Assembly: GCA_044221955.1 (NCBI GenBank)
Contig: JBGAOD010000002.1
Coordinates: 1,197 to 65,196, forward strand
DNA length: 64,000 bases
Direction of reading: 5' to 3'
Source: Phycisphaerales bacterium
GTDB taxonomy: Bacteria > Planctomycetota > Phycisphaerae > Phycisphaerales > UBA1924
Below are positions 1 to 9,375 of this stretch, one piece after another. Positions within the stretch are counted from its first letter, which is position 1; each line of letters starts with the position of its first letter. A program made the translations under genes and the position numbers. Under the pieces are notes generated by a model. That model saw nothing but the letters and a program-made list of their open reading frames with translations, ran no database searches and was not told the DNA's origin.

Positions 1-30
1 CCGCTGATTCGCACGATGCTGGGCGTGTGA

Positions 31-1158
31 TTGGGTATGCTGGGGATTCACACCGGGAGAATCTTCATGCTCGCGCACTCGTCGATGATCGTCACGCTCG
101 TCTGCCTGTTGACCCTGGTTGGATGTACCGCGACGGACGCGCGCGATTTCGACGCGCCGGACCCAACAACCCCGAACCCAGCGCCGAGCACCGTCGCGCT
201 CAACGACCCGTTCAAGGGATCTCCACGCCGCCCCGTCTCCACCTACTCAATCGTCGCGCGCGATGCCGCGACTGGGCAGATGGGTGTGGCCGTGCAATCG
301 CACTGGTTCAGCGTCGGCTCCGTCGTCCCCTGGGCCGAGGCCGGCGTGGGCGCGGTGGCCACGCAGAGCTTCGTGGATGTGAAATACGGCCCGCTCGGGC
401 TCGCCATGATGAAGGCCGGCAAGACCGCGAACGAATCGCTCAAAGCGCTCACGGCCTCAGATTCCGGCGAGGCCGTGCGTCAGGTCGCCATGATCGACGC
501 GGCCGGGAACGTCGCCACGCACACGGGGGCCAAGTGCATCGCCGAAGCAACGCACGCCAACGGCAAAGCGCCCGACGGCTCGGTCTACTCCTGCCAGGCG
601 AACCTCATGCGGAAATCAACCGTGCCCGCCGCGATGGCCAAGGCGTTCGAAGCATCGTCGGGCCCGCTCGCGGATCGCTTGATCGCGGCCCTTCGCGCGG
701 CCGAGGGCGAGGGCGGCGATATCCGAGGCCGGCAGTCCGCTGCAATTCTCATCGTGCGCGCGACCGCGACGGGCAAGGTCTGGGACGACCGCCTCGTGGA
801 CCTGCGCGTGGAAGACAACCCCGCGCCGGTCGATGAACTGGCCCGGCTGCTCACGCTGCACGCCGCGTACGACCGCATGAACGCGGGCGATCTGGCGGTC
901 GAGAAGAACGACATGGCCGGGGCGATGCGGGAGTACACCGCCGCCCACAAGCTCGCGCCCACGAGCGCCGAGATGGTCTTCTGGGCGGGCGTCGCGCTCG
1001 CTAACGCGGGCAAGGTGGACGACGCGTTGCCGATGTTCAAAGAGGCTTTCAAGGACAAGGCCGGGGACTGGCGCGAAACCTTGCGCCGCTTGCCCAAGTC
1101 GGGGCTGCTGCCTGATGACGCCGCTCTGATGGAGAAGCTGCTCAAGGCCGGGAGTTGA
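31..1158 (+). CDS. DUF1028-family (Ntn-hydrolase-like) secreted lipoprotein
   Basis: 375-aa ORF. Hydrophobic leader ends in a lipobox-like LVGC. The mature part carries the DUF1028-type signature 'TYSIVARDaaTGQMGVAVQSHWFSVGS'. The C-terminus is helical/TPR-like. The true start may be the internal Met near 67. Confidence 0.7.
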   Translation: MGMLGIHTGRIFMLAHSSMIVTLVCLLTLVGCTATDARDFDAPDPTTPNPAPSTVALNDPFKGSPRRPVSTYSIVARDAATGQMGVAVQSHWFSVGSVVPWAEAGVGAVATQSFVDVKYGPLGLAMMKAGKTANESLKALTASDSGEAVRQVAMIDAAGNVATHTGAKCIAEATHANGKAPDGSVYSCQANLMRKSTVPAAMAKAFEASSGPLADRLIAALRAAEGEGGDIRGRQSAAILIVRATATGKVWDDRLVDLRVEDNPAPVDELARLLTLHAAYDRMNAGDLAVEKNDMAGAMREYTAAHKLAPTSAEMVFWAGVALANAGKVDDALPMFKEAFKDKAGDWRETLRRLPKSGLLPDDAALMEKLLKAGS

Positions 1159-1256
1159 TCGCGCGTCTGCCGTCTCGCACGCTTCGCCCCCCCGCGCGTC
1201 TACGCTCCGCCTGACTCTTCCCGATCTTGAACTCGAACGAAAGGCCGTGAATCCCC

Positions 1257-2537
1257 GTGCGTTCCTACAAGCCCGCCATCGGGTTCATCTTTCTGACCCT
1301 TATGCTCGACGTCGTCGGTTTCGGGCTCATCATCCCCGTTGCGCCCAAGCTCATCGAAACCCTGCAGCCCGGCGGCGAGCAGGCGGCCGCGGGCACGGTC
1401 GGGCTTCTCGCCGCCAGTTACGCGGCCATGCAGTTCCTCTTCTCGCCGATCCTCGGCGCGCTCTCAGACCGCTTCGGCCGCCGACCGGTCATCCTCATCG
1501 CGCTCTTCGGCTCGGGGCTTGACTACTTCGCGCTCGCGCTCGCCCCGACGTTGTGGTTCCTTTTCATCACCCGCGCGATCAACGGCCTGTCGGGCGCGAG
1601 CATGACGGCGGCGAGCGCGTACATCGCCGACATCACCCCGCCCGAAAAACGGGCCGCCGGGTTCGGCATCATCGGCGCGGCCTTCGGTCTGGGGTTCATC
1701 CTCGGCCCGCTCATCGGCGGCTTCCTGGGCGACATCAACATCCACTACCCGTTCTACGCCGCGGGCGGGCTGACGCTCCTCAACTGGCTCTACGGGCTGT
1801 TCGTGCTCCCCGAATCGCTGCCGCCGGAAAAACGCGGCACGTTCTCGTTCGCGCGGGCAAACCCCGTCGGCGCGTTCGCCGGGCTGGGGCGCTACCCGCT
1901 CGTCGCCGGACTCGCGGCCGCGTTGTTTCTCCTGAACCTCGCGCAGTTCTCGCTGCACTCGACCTGGGTGCTCTACACCTCGCACCGCTACCACTGGACC
2001 TCGCGCGACGTCGGGCTCTCGCTCGCGCTGGTCGGCATCGGGGCCGCGGTCGTTCAGGCCGGCCTCGCCCGCAAGATCATCCCCAAGCTCGGCGAACGGA
2101 AATCGTTGTTGGTGGGCATCGCGATCGGCGCGTTCGCGTTCCTTGGGTACGGGCTGGCGACTCAGGGGTGGATGATTTACGCCGTGATCGCGGTCGCGTC
2201 GCTGGGCGGGATCGCCGGGCCGGCCTGCCAGGCGCTCATCACCAAGTCGGTGCGCGGTGATGAACAAGGCGCGATCCAGGGCGCGCTCACCGGGCTCCAG
2301 AGCGTGGCCAACATCATGGGCCCGCTGATCGGGACTTCGACCTTCGCATACTTCATTTCGGCCCGTGCTCCGTTTGAGCTTCCCGGGGCGTCGTTCATCG
2401 TGGCGGCGCTCCTCAGCGTGGTGGCGTTCTTTGTCGCGTTGTGGGTGATGAAGCGGAACCCGCACGTTCCGGCTTCGACCGCAGGGAACGGACCTCCGCT
2501 GGGCGGAAACGGAACGGATCGTGCAGCATCAGAGTGA
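1257..2537 (+). CDS. MFS transporter, TetA/TCR-like drug:H+ antiporter family
   Basis: 426-aa ORF, hydrophobic throughout (about 12 TM). MFS motif A 'GALSDRFGRRPVILI' lies between TM2 and TM3, and the sequence is typical of the Tet/TCR branch. Confidence 0.8.
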   Translation: MRSYKPAIGFIFLTLMLDVVGFGLIIPVAPKLIETLQPGGEQAAAGTVGLLAASYAAMQFLFSPILGALSDRFGRRPVILIALFGSGLDYFALALAPTLWFLFITRAINGLSGASMTAASAYIADITPPEKRAAGFGIIGAAFGLGFILGPLIGGFLGDINIHYPFYAAGGLTLLNWLYGLFVLPESLPPEKRGTFSFARANPVGAFAGLGRYPLVAGLAAALFLLNLAQFSLHSTWVLYTSHRYHWTSRDVGLSLALVGIGAAVVQAGLARKIIPKLGERKSLLVGIAIGAFAFLGYGLATQGWMIYAVIAVASLGGIAGPACQALITKSVRGDEQGAIQGALTGLQSVANIMGPLIGTSTFAYFISARAPFELPGASFIVAALLSVVAFFVALWVMKRNPHVPASTAGNGPPLGGNGTDRAASE

Positions 2538-2568
2538 TCGAGCGGGGACTTCGGCGCGGGAGGATTTG

Positions 2569-2781
2569 ATGGCGGAGTTCATTCTCATCGCGGTGGGGAT
2601 CTATGCGGGGATCGGGCTTCTCTTTGGGATCTGGTTTGTGCTCGCGGGAGTTGGCACGCTGGACGTTGCGGCGGCGCACTCTGCGTGGTCGTTCCGGGCG
2701 ATGATCTTGCCGGGTGTTGCGGCGTTGTGGCCGATCGTTCTCACGAAGTGGCTTGCGGCGCGGCGTTCGGGTGCCGCGTAA
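2569..2781 (+). CDS. small hydrophobic protein (two predicted TM helices), function unknown
   Basis: Internal Met of ORF 2521..2781. 'MAEFILIAVGIYAGIGLLFGIWFVLAGV...' gives two hydrophobic spans. It directly follows the MFS gene. No recognisable family. Confidence 0.35.
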   Translation: MAEFILIAVGIYAGIGLLFGIWFVLAGVGTLDVAAAHSAWSFRAMILPGVAALWPIVLTKWLAARRSGAA

Positions 2782-2789
2782 CCTCTGGC

Positions 2790-4175
2790 GTGGCTGCGCG
2801 TCATCATCCCGAAATCACTCCGGCGGCGTCCCGTGCCGTGGCGGTGGATATTGTGCGGCAGCTCCGAGGGGCGGGCCATGTCGCCTATCTCGCGGGGGGG
2901 TGCGTGCGCGACGAGTTGTTGGGGCAACATCCCACCGACTACGACGTGGCGACCGACGCGCCGCCGCTGCGTATTTCTGAGTTGTTCCCGCGCACGGCCG
3001 AGGTCGGCGCGAGCTTCGGCGTGGTGCTGGTGAAATCAAGCGGTGTGTCGGTCGAGGTCGCGACGTTCCGCAGCGACGGGCCGTATTCGGACCGGCGTCG
3101 GCCTGACACGGTGCGTTTCAGCGATCCCAGGTCCGACGCGCTTCGGCGTGATTTTACGATCAACGCGCTGTTTCTCGATCCGATCGACTCAACCGGCGCG
3201 TGCGTTCCTGTGAGCCCGGGCGTCGGGAGCGGTGGGGGAGCGGCCGGCGGGCGAGTGATCGACTTTGTCGGCGGGCAAGCAGACCTGCGCGCAAAGATCC
3301 TGCGCGCCGTTGGCGACCCGGACCAGAGGCTGTCCGAGGATCACTTGCGGGCGCTGCGGGCGGTCCGGTTCACGGCTCGCCTGGGCTTCACCATCGAGCC
3401 CGCGACGTGGTCCGCGCTGGTTCGACACGCGCAAGGGTTGGAGGGGGTGAGCCGCGAGCGGATCGGCGACGAGCTGCGGCGGATGCTGCTTGACCCGAAC
3501 CGAGCCAGCGCGATCTCGTTGCTCCAGTCGCTGGGCCTGGACGCGCCGGTGCTCCAAGAGCAAAGCTTGTTGCGGGCGCCGGAGCTGGTCGCGGCGGTGC
3601 GTTTTTCTGATGACGACGCCACGACACGGTTCGCGTGCGTGCTGGGCGCGTGGGCGTTGGATCGGGGGCTGTCGGTGCAGCCGGAGGACACGGCGGCGTC
3701 GGGCGGCCCAAAGCCGGGTTCTCAGAGGGGTCGAACTCCGGGCCCGGTGGCTGGCTTGGTTTCGCGTTGGCGATCGGCGTTGTGCCTCTCCAACGACGAA
3801 GTGGGGTTGTTGTCGCGGGTGTTGGTGACGCTGGGAGAGCTCGAACATCGGTGGGCGTCGGCCGGGGTGGCGGCGCGGAAGCGGCTCGCTTCGGCCCAAA
3901 TATTTCCCGAATCTTTGCGGATCTTGCGTGCGAAACACCCGGAGATGGCTGCCGCTGTGGACTCGGATCTTCGGTTGCTCGCGGCGACCCCGAGCGGCCT
4001 CGCGCCCGAACCACTGATTACCGGGGATGTGTTGATCGAGGCGGGGATGAAGGCGGGCCCGGCGTTCAAAGCCACGCTCGACGGGGTGTACGACGCGCAG
4101 CTTGAGGATCGGGTGACCACTCGATCGGAGGCGCTGGATTTGGCGTTTCGAATCGCTCGTGGATCTGTCCGGTAG
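2790..4175 (+). CDS. tRNA nucleotidyltransferase / poly(A) polymerase family protein (CCA-adding-enzyme-like)
   Basis: Class II nucleotidyltransferase head motifs 'YLAGGCVRDELLG..PTDYDVAT' and 'RRDFTINAL'. I placed the start at the GTG after the upstream gene's stop, so it is uncertain. Confidence 0.8.
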   Translation: MAARHHPEITPAASRAVAVDIVRQLRGAGHVAYLAGGCVRDELLGQHPTDYDVATDAPPLRISELFPRTAEVGASFGVVLVKSSGVSVEVATFRSDGPYSDRRRPDTVRFSDPRSDALRRDFTINALFLDPIDSTGACVPVSPGVGSGGGAAGGRVIDFVGGQADLRAKILRAVGDPDQRLSEDHLRALRAVRFTARLGFTIEPATWSALVRHAQGLEGVSRERIGDELRRMLLDPNRASAISLLQSLGLDAPVLQEQSLLRAPELVAAVRFSDDDATTRFACVLGAWALDRGLSVQPEDTAASGGPKPGSQRGRTPGPVAGLVSRWRSALCLSNDEVGLLSRVLVTLGELEHRWASAGVAARKRLASAQIFPESLRILRAKHPEMAAAVDSDLRLLAATPSGLAPEPLITGDVLIEAGMKAGPAFKATLDGVYDAQLEDRVTTRSEALDLAFRIARGSVR

Positions 4176-4333
4176 AGGTACGGGCCGGATCGTTGGAACT
4201 TTGGACTCCGGCAAGCGTCTAAAATAGGTGAACGTTCGATTCACTGCCGGGACCATTCTGCGCCGGCGTCTTTGGGTTTCCTCCTTCTCCTGCCGTGTTG
4301 CCTGAGAACCGGTCCACATTTGGGAGCTTGTCC

Positions 4334-5836
4334 ATGACCAATCAGAACTCGATCCATCGATTGGCCCTGCGTTGCGTGCGGGCTCGGGGTGTTGCCGCCG
4401 CGTTGGTGGTCGCTGCGGGCGTCTTGGTCGGTTCGCGGGCGCTGGCGGTTCAACCCGCCAAGGAACCTGCGAAGGAATCCGCGACGAAGGCGGCCCCGAA
4501 GCAGGGCGGCGAGGACATGCTGATTCTCCGCGACGGGCGGGTGATCAAGGGCAAGTTTGTTTCCGAGACGGACACGGCGGTTCGTTTCCGCGGGACCGTG
4601 GCAGGAATCGAAGTGGAGTCTGAGTATCCCAAGTCAGACATCCTGGAAACACGGCGTGCCGTGGCCGACCCGGCCGCGCCCGCCAAGCCCGGGGACGCGA
4701 AGGCCAAGCCCAAGATTGAGAAGGAGAGCGAACCCAAGAAGGACGCCAAGGAGAAGCCGGCGGCGGATGTCGCGGCGTCCGGTGACGTCAAGTCCAAGGT
4801 CTATGTGCTGGAGCTGGACGGCAAGTTCGGGCGTGACATTTCCCAGACGCCGATCCGCAAGGCCATGGAAGACGCCAAGAAGCTTGGGAGCGAGTACGTG
4901 ATCGTGGTGATGAACAACGACTGGTCGCAGGGAGGGCAGCAGCTCGATGATGACGCGGCGGCGTTCGACCAACTCTCTCGATCGGCGGAGATGGACCCGA
5001 TCTTTGACGTTGAATTGAGCAAGTGGACCAAGCAACCCAAGCTCGTGTTCTGGGTGAAAAAGGCGATGGGCGGCGCGGCGTTCCTGCCGCTGCTGTGCCA
5101 CGACATCTACTTCCACAGCGACGGGAAAATGGGCGGCATCGGCAACCTGACAAAGCTCTTTGACTTCGGCGACGAGGTGGTGCGGCAGAAGCAGTATTCG
5201 CTGCGCTTGGGGCGGGCCGAAGGCAAGGCCAACGAGGGCGGGTACTCGTACCGGCTGGTGCGGGCGATGGCGGTTCCCGAGTACGTGCTGAGCTATTCGA
5301 TCGAGGGCGGGCAGGTGAGGTATTTCGAGCGGATGCCGGAGAACCCCAACGAGTTCCTGCTGACCGATGACGGCAAGGACGCCAACCAGGATTCGGACAA
5401 GGCCATCATCTCGGGTGAGGGCAACGACGTGCTGACGCTCAACGCCAAGCTCGCCAAGGACCTACAGGTGGCCAAGGGGATCGTGGATACCGAAGAGGAT
5501 CTGCTGTTCGAGCTCGGGCTCTCGCGCAACGCCGACAAAACCTACGGGCGCTCCAAGGAGATCATGAAGAGCTGGAGCAAGGATGTGGACCAGGCCGAGC
5601 GGGATATCCAGCGGATGCTGAGCGAGACTCAGGAGCAGCGTCCCAGTTCGACCTATGACGAGCGGGTCCGGTCGCGCGGGATCGAGAAGGCGTTGTGGCT
5701 CAAGATCATCAGCACGCTGGACAGGTACGGCGAGGCTCTTCCCAAGTTCAAGGGTCTCAAGGCCCAGGCGCTCGATCGCATCAAGGCGATCGACAATGAA
5801 TCGACCATGGACGCTCAGCAGCGGAAGAAGAAATAA
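4334..5836 (+). CDS. secreted ClpP/S49 (NfeD-like) fold protein, paralog 1 (Ser position degenerate)
   Basis: Signal peptide 'AAALVVAAGVLVGSRALAVQP', a small beta domain and a K/E/P-rich linker. These are followed by 'VYVLELDGKFG...YVIVVMNNDWSQGG...AMGGAAFLPLLCHDIYFHSDGKMGGIG', which resembles the NfeD/SppA ClpP-like core. Same layout as the next gene. Confidence 0.55.
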   Translation: MTNQNSIHRLALRCVRARGVAAALVVAAGVLVGSRALAVQPAKEPAKESATKAAPKQGGEDMLILRDGRVIKGKFVSETDTAVRFRGTVAGIEVESEYPKSDILETRRAVADPAAPAKPGDAKAKPKIEKESEPKKDAKEKPAADVAASGDVKSKVYVLELDGKFGRDISQTPIRKAMEDAKKLGSEYVIVVMNNDWSQGGQQLDDDAAAFDQLSRSAEMDPIFDVELSKWTKQPKLVFWVKKAMGGAAFLPLLCHDIYFHSDGKMGGIGNLTKLFDFGDEVVRQKQYSLRLGRAEGKANEGGYSYRLVRAMAVPEYVLSYSIEGGQVRYFERMPENPNEFLLTDDGKDANQDSDKAIISGEGNDVLTLNAKLAKDLQVAKGIVDTEEDLLFELGLSRNADKTYGRSKEIMKSWSKDVDQAERDIQRMLSETQEQRPSSTYDERVRSRGIEKALWLKIISTLDRYGEALPKFKGLKAQALDRIKAIDNESTMDAQQRKKK

Positions 5837-5921
5837 CCGCGAGGAGCCCGCATGGTCGTGCGGGTATCACAGTCGGCAGGAATCCGGCCCGATCCGGGCC
5901 TTCAAACACGGAGCACCAGGA

Positions 5922-7304
5922 ATGAAGAAGAATCACGTTCGCGCCCTGCTGGCGGCGGTCTGCACGGCAAGTTCGGTCGTTGCCATGAGTGTGGCGTTCC
6001 CGTCCGCGCTGCCCGCCCGGGCGGGACTTCCCGCGCTCTCGGACGGTGGGTCCGACAAGATCACGGTGAAGAAAGAAGGCAAGCCCTCCGAGGTTCTGGA
6101 AGGCCGAATCACCAAAGAGGTCGAGGGCTGGGTGTGGTTCACGCGCGTGCAGGGCGGCGTAGAGACTCCGATGGTGCTCAACCCCAAGGACATCGAGAAA
6201 ATCGAACGGGGCGATTCGACGCCCGCAGAATCCAAGCCGAAAACCGAAGAGCCCGCCGCCAAACCGAGCGGCAAGGCGGATGACAAGAGCGGCAAGCCCC
6301 GGGCCATCAGCGGGGTCCCCAAGGCGGCGGTGCTGACCCTCGAAGGGCAGGTCGGCGTGCAGTTCGCCGCCAAGCCGCTTGAGGAAGCGATCCCGATGCT
6401 CGAAGAAGACGGCGTGAGCATCGTGGTGTTCAAGATCAACTCGGGCGGTGGGTATCTGTACGAAGTGCAGTTCCTGAGCGATCTGGTCCACCTCAAGTAC
6501 AAACAGAAGTTCCGGACGGTCGCGTGGATCGAGTCCGCGATCTCCGCGGCCGCGATGACCGCCCACTCGCTGGAGGAAATCTACTTCCTGCCCAAGGGCA
6601 ACTACGGAGCCTGCACAGGTTGGAGCGGCGCTCTGGACGCCATGAAGGGGCGGTCGCTCGAGCAGCTCCTGTTGACCGGTGAGAAGTACTCGGCCCGTGG
6701 CAACCATCCCCCGCAGATCATGCGGGCAATGCAGATCTCCTCGGAAGAATCAGAGCTTCAGGCCCTGCAAATCTCGCCGCCCGGCGGACAGCTCTCGGCG
6801 GACATCAACCCCGCCACCGGCGAGGTCACGTGGTACCAGGGCCTCGAAGGGCAGTACACGCTCAATCCCAAGGGCGGCGTTCACATCCTGACCTTCAACT
6901 CCGAGGAAGCCGAGCGGTTCAAGTTCTCGCGCGGGACGGCCAAGGACGTCGCCGAGCTTGGCAAGCTGATGGGGTATCAGGAGATCGAGTGGGTTGGTAA
7001 GGACGTCAAGGGCATTCCTTACCCGGTTTCCCGCGCCGAGGAAAAGCAGATCAAGTGGCGCAAGGACACCACCGAGGCCGAGGAGAACTTCAACACCTAC
7101 ACCAACGAATATCAGCGGAACGTGCAGACGGCCCAATCCACGCAGGACAAGTCCGACCGCGGGCTGTGGATCGGCAAGGCGTCGCGCTCGCTGGACTTCT
7201 TGGAAAACCTGGTCAAGAAGCAGCCGAACCTGGCGCTGTTCAAGGGGCTGAGCAAGGATTGGTTCGCCCAGCAGCGTGAGCTTCTCAAGAAGCTCGCGAA
7301 GTAG
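5922..7304 (+). CDS. secreted ClpP/S49 (NfeD-like) fold protein, paralog 2
   Basis: Signal peptide 'MKKNHVRALLAAVCTASSVVAMSVA'. 'AAVLTLEGQVG...VVFKINSGGGYLYE...AISAAAMTAHSLEEIYFLPKGNYGA' matches the TPGG / (A)xSAxA motifs of NfeD/S49 peptidases. The domain order is the same as in the upstream gene. Confidence 0.55.
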   Translation: MKKNHVRALLAAVCTASSVVAMSVAFPSALPARAGLPALSDGGSDKITVKKEGKPSEVLEGRITKEVEGWVWFTRVQGGVETPMVLNPKDIEKIERGDSTPAESKPKTEEPAAKPSGKADDKSGKPRAISGVPKAAVLTLEGQVGVQFAAKPLEEAIPMLEEDGVSIVVFKINSGGGYLYEVQFLSDLVHLKYKQKFRTVAWIESAISAAAMTAHSLEEIYFLPKGNYGACTGWSGALDAMKGRSLEQLLLTGEKYSARGNHPPQIMRAMQISSEESELQALQISPPGGQLSADINPATGEVTWYQGLEGQYTLNPKGGVHILTFNSEEAERFKFSRGTAKDVAELGKLMGYQEIEWVGKDVKGIPYPVSRAEEKQIKWRKDTTEAEENFNTYTNEYQRNVQTAQSTQDKSDRGLWIGKASRSLDFLENLVKKQPNLALFKGLSKDWFAQQRELLKKLAK

Positions 7305-7446
7305 GTCGGCGCATGTGCTGAATCGTGAGCGCGTTTCGCGCGGGCCCGGACCGATCCGGGCCCGCTCTCTTTTTGGCTTCGACCGATCGCTACACTCGCC
7401 TCACGGACAACCCGTTGATGGACGCCGCCAAGCCGAGAGCCCCACG

Positions 7447-9243
7447 ATGAGCCCACCCTCAGAGTTCGTCCCGAGATCGTTCGACGCGACCCGTTGGGCC
7501 GAGATCGAACCGCTGATGAGGGCGCTCCTCGATCGGCCGATCCGTGACCGGTCCGAGTTGGAAAGGTGGCTGCTCGACCGCAGCGAACTGGACGCCGCGT
7601 GCAACGAGGCGCAGGCGATCCTGTACATCAACATGACCTGCGATACCGAGGACCAGGCGGCCCAGCGGGCGTACACAACGTACATCGAGACCGTTCCACC
7701 CAAGGTCAAGCCGCTGGCGTTCGAGCTGGACCGGAAGCAGACCACGCTGTCGCGGGAGTTGGGGCTGGACACGGTCCCGGACCGAGGCGATCGGTACAAG
7801 GTTCTGGTGCGCGATGCCGCCGTCGAGGTCGAGCTCTTCCGTGCCGAGAACGTGCCCATCCAGACCGAGCTCTCGCTCTTATCTCAGAAGTACGACCAGC
7901 TCGTCGGCGCGATGACGGTGCCCTTCGACGGGCAGGAACGGACCATGCCCCAGATGGCGCGGTACATGGAGTCCACCGATCGCGGGCTGCGCGAGCGGGC
8001 GTGGCGCGCGATGTGGGACCGGCGGCTTCTGGACGCGGACGCGATCAGCGGCACGTTCGACGACATGATCGCCAAGCGCGATCGCGCGGCCCGCAACGCC
8101 GGGTTCACGGATTTCGTGGGCTACGCGTTCAAGGAAAAGCACCGCTTCGATTACGGCGTGAAGGAGTGCGCCGCGTTCCACCAGGCCTGCGCACAGCACA
8201 TCGTGCCGCTTGTCCGCGCTCTCGATCGCGAGCGCCGGTCCGCGCTGGGCCTTGTTTCGCTCCGCCCGTGGGATCTGGCGGTGGACCCCAAGGGCCGCGC
8301 GCCGCTGCGTCCGTTCGAGGGCGGGCGGCAGCTCGTCGCCAAGGCCGCGGCGACATTCGATCGACTCGACCCAAGGCTGGGTCAGATGCTGCGCACGATG
8401 GGGGACGGGTCGAACGCGCGTGGTGCCCGGAACGCCGACGGGTCGATCGCGTACCTTGACCTTGATTCCCGCAAGGGCAAAGCCCCCGGCGGGTACCAGT
8501 ACATGCGCGACCGGGCGCGGGCTCCGTTCATTTTCATGAACGCCGCGGGCCTGCAGGGCGACGTGTCGACGATGCTGCACGAGGCCGGGCACGCGTTCCA
8601 TTCAATGCTGTGCGCCGACGAGCCGCTGGTGAGCTACCGCACCGCGCCGATCGAGTTCTGCGAGGTGGCGAGCATGTCGATGGAGCTGCTTACCATGCCG
8701 TACTGGGGCCGTCCCAAGGGGGGATCGGGCGGCGGTCAGGCGGTCGAGTGTTTTTATTCGGACGAGGCGGACTTGGCGCGGGCGCGGCGTCAGCAGCTCG
8801 AGCGGAGCGTGGGAATCCTGCCTTGGATCGCGACGATCGACAAGTTCCAGCACTGGCTGTACACGAATCCGAAGCACACGCGGAGCGAGCGTCGAGTGCA
8901 CTGGCTCTCGCTCGATGAAGAGTTCGGGCACGAGGTCCAGTGGAGCGGGCTCGACGAACAGCGAAGCCACGCCTGGCAGCGTCAGATGCACCTCTTCGGC
9001 AGTCCGTTCTACTACATCGAATACGGCATCGCCCAGCTCGGGGCGCTGCAGTTGTGGCTGCACGCGACCGAGCACGGCGACAAATCGGCGGTCGAGGCGT
9101 ACCTCGCGGGGCTGCGGCTGGGCGGGTCCAAGCCCTTGCCCGAGCTGTTCAAGGCGTCGGGATTGAGGTTCGATTTCGGAGCCGAGGTCGTGAAGCGGCT
9201 CGTGGACCGTGTTCAGAAAGAGCTGGACGCGCTGCCGATCTAG
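7447..9243 (+). CDS. M3-family oligoendopeptidase (PepF-like zinc metallopeptidase)
   Basis: HEXXH zinc site 'MLHEAGHAFHS', overall length and C-terminal 'FYYIEYGIAQLGALQLW', all typical of M3B oligoendopeptidase F. Start is at the internal Met 'MSPPSEF'. Confidence 0.8.
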   Translation: MSPPSEFVPRSFDATRWAEIEPLMRALLDRPIRDRSELERWLLDRSELDAACNEAQAILYINMTCDTEDQAAQRAYTTYIETVPPKVKPLAFELDRKQTTLSRELGLDTVPDRGDRYKVLVRDAAVEVELFRAENVPIQTELSLLSQKYDQLVGAMTVPFDGQERTMPQMARYMESTDRGLRERAWRAMWDRRLLDADAISGTFDDMIAKRDRAARNAGFTDFVGYAFKEKHRFDYGVKECAAFHQACAQHIVPLVRALDRERRSALGLVSLRPWDLAVDPKGRAPLRPFEGGRQLVAKAAATFDRLDPRLGQMLRTMGDGSNARGARNADGSIAYLDLDSRKGKAPGGYQYMRDRARAPFIFMNAAGLQGDVSTMLHEAGHAFHSMLCADEPLVSYRTAPIEFCEVASMSMELLTMPYWGRPKGGSGGGQAVECFYSDEADLARARRQQLERSVGILPWIATIDKFQHWLYTNPKHTRSERRVHWLSLDEEFGHEVQWSGLDEQRSHAWQRQMHLFGSPFYYIEYGIAQLGALQLWLHATEHGDKSAVEAYLAGLRLGGSKPLPELFKASGLRFDFGAEVVKRLVDRVQKELDALPI

Positions 9244-9250
9244 CGATCCT

Positions 9251-9349
9251 GGTAGGTCGGCTCTCCGAGCCGACTCTTCGCCCCGCAGCATTGGGACTGG
9301 AAGCACGGTCGTTCTGAATTGAAGAGTCGGCTCGGAGAGCCGACCTACC
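9251..9349. repeat. composite palindromic (REP/MITE-like) element: perfect 29-bp inverted arms around a 41-nt spacer
   Basis: The left arm GGTAGGTCGGCTCTCCGAGCCGACTCTTC (9251-9279) is the exact reverse complement of 9321-9349. Each arm also contains its own 8-bp hairpin, GTCGGCTC-TCC-GAGCCGAC. The element starts 8 nt after the pepF-like stop. A homologous copy lies at 42927-43058. Confidence 0.85.
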
Positions 9350-9375
9350 CAAGCAGTCGGAACGAGCGAGGATGA

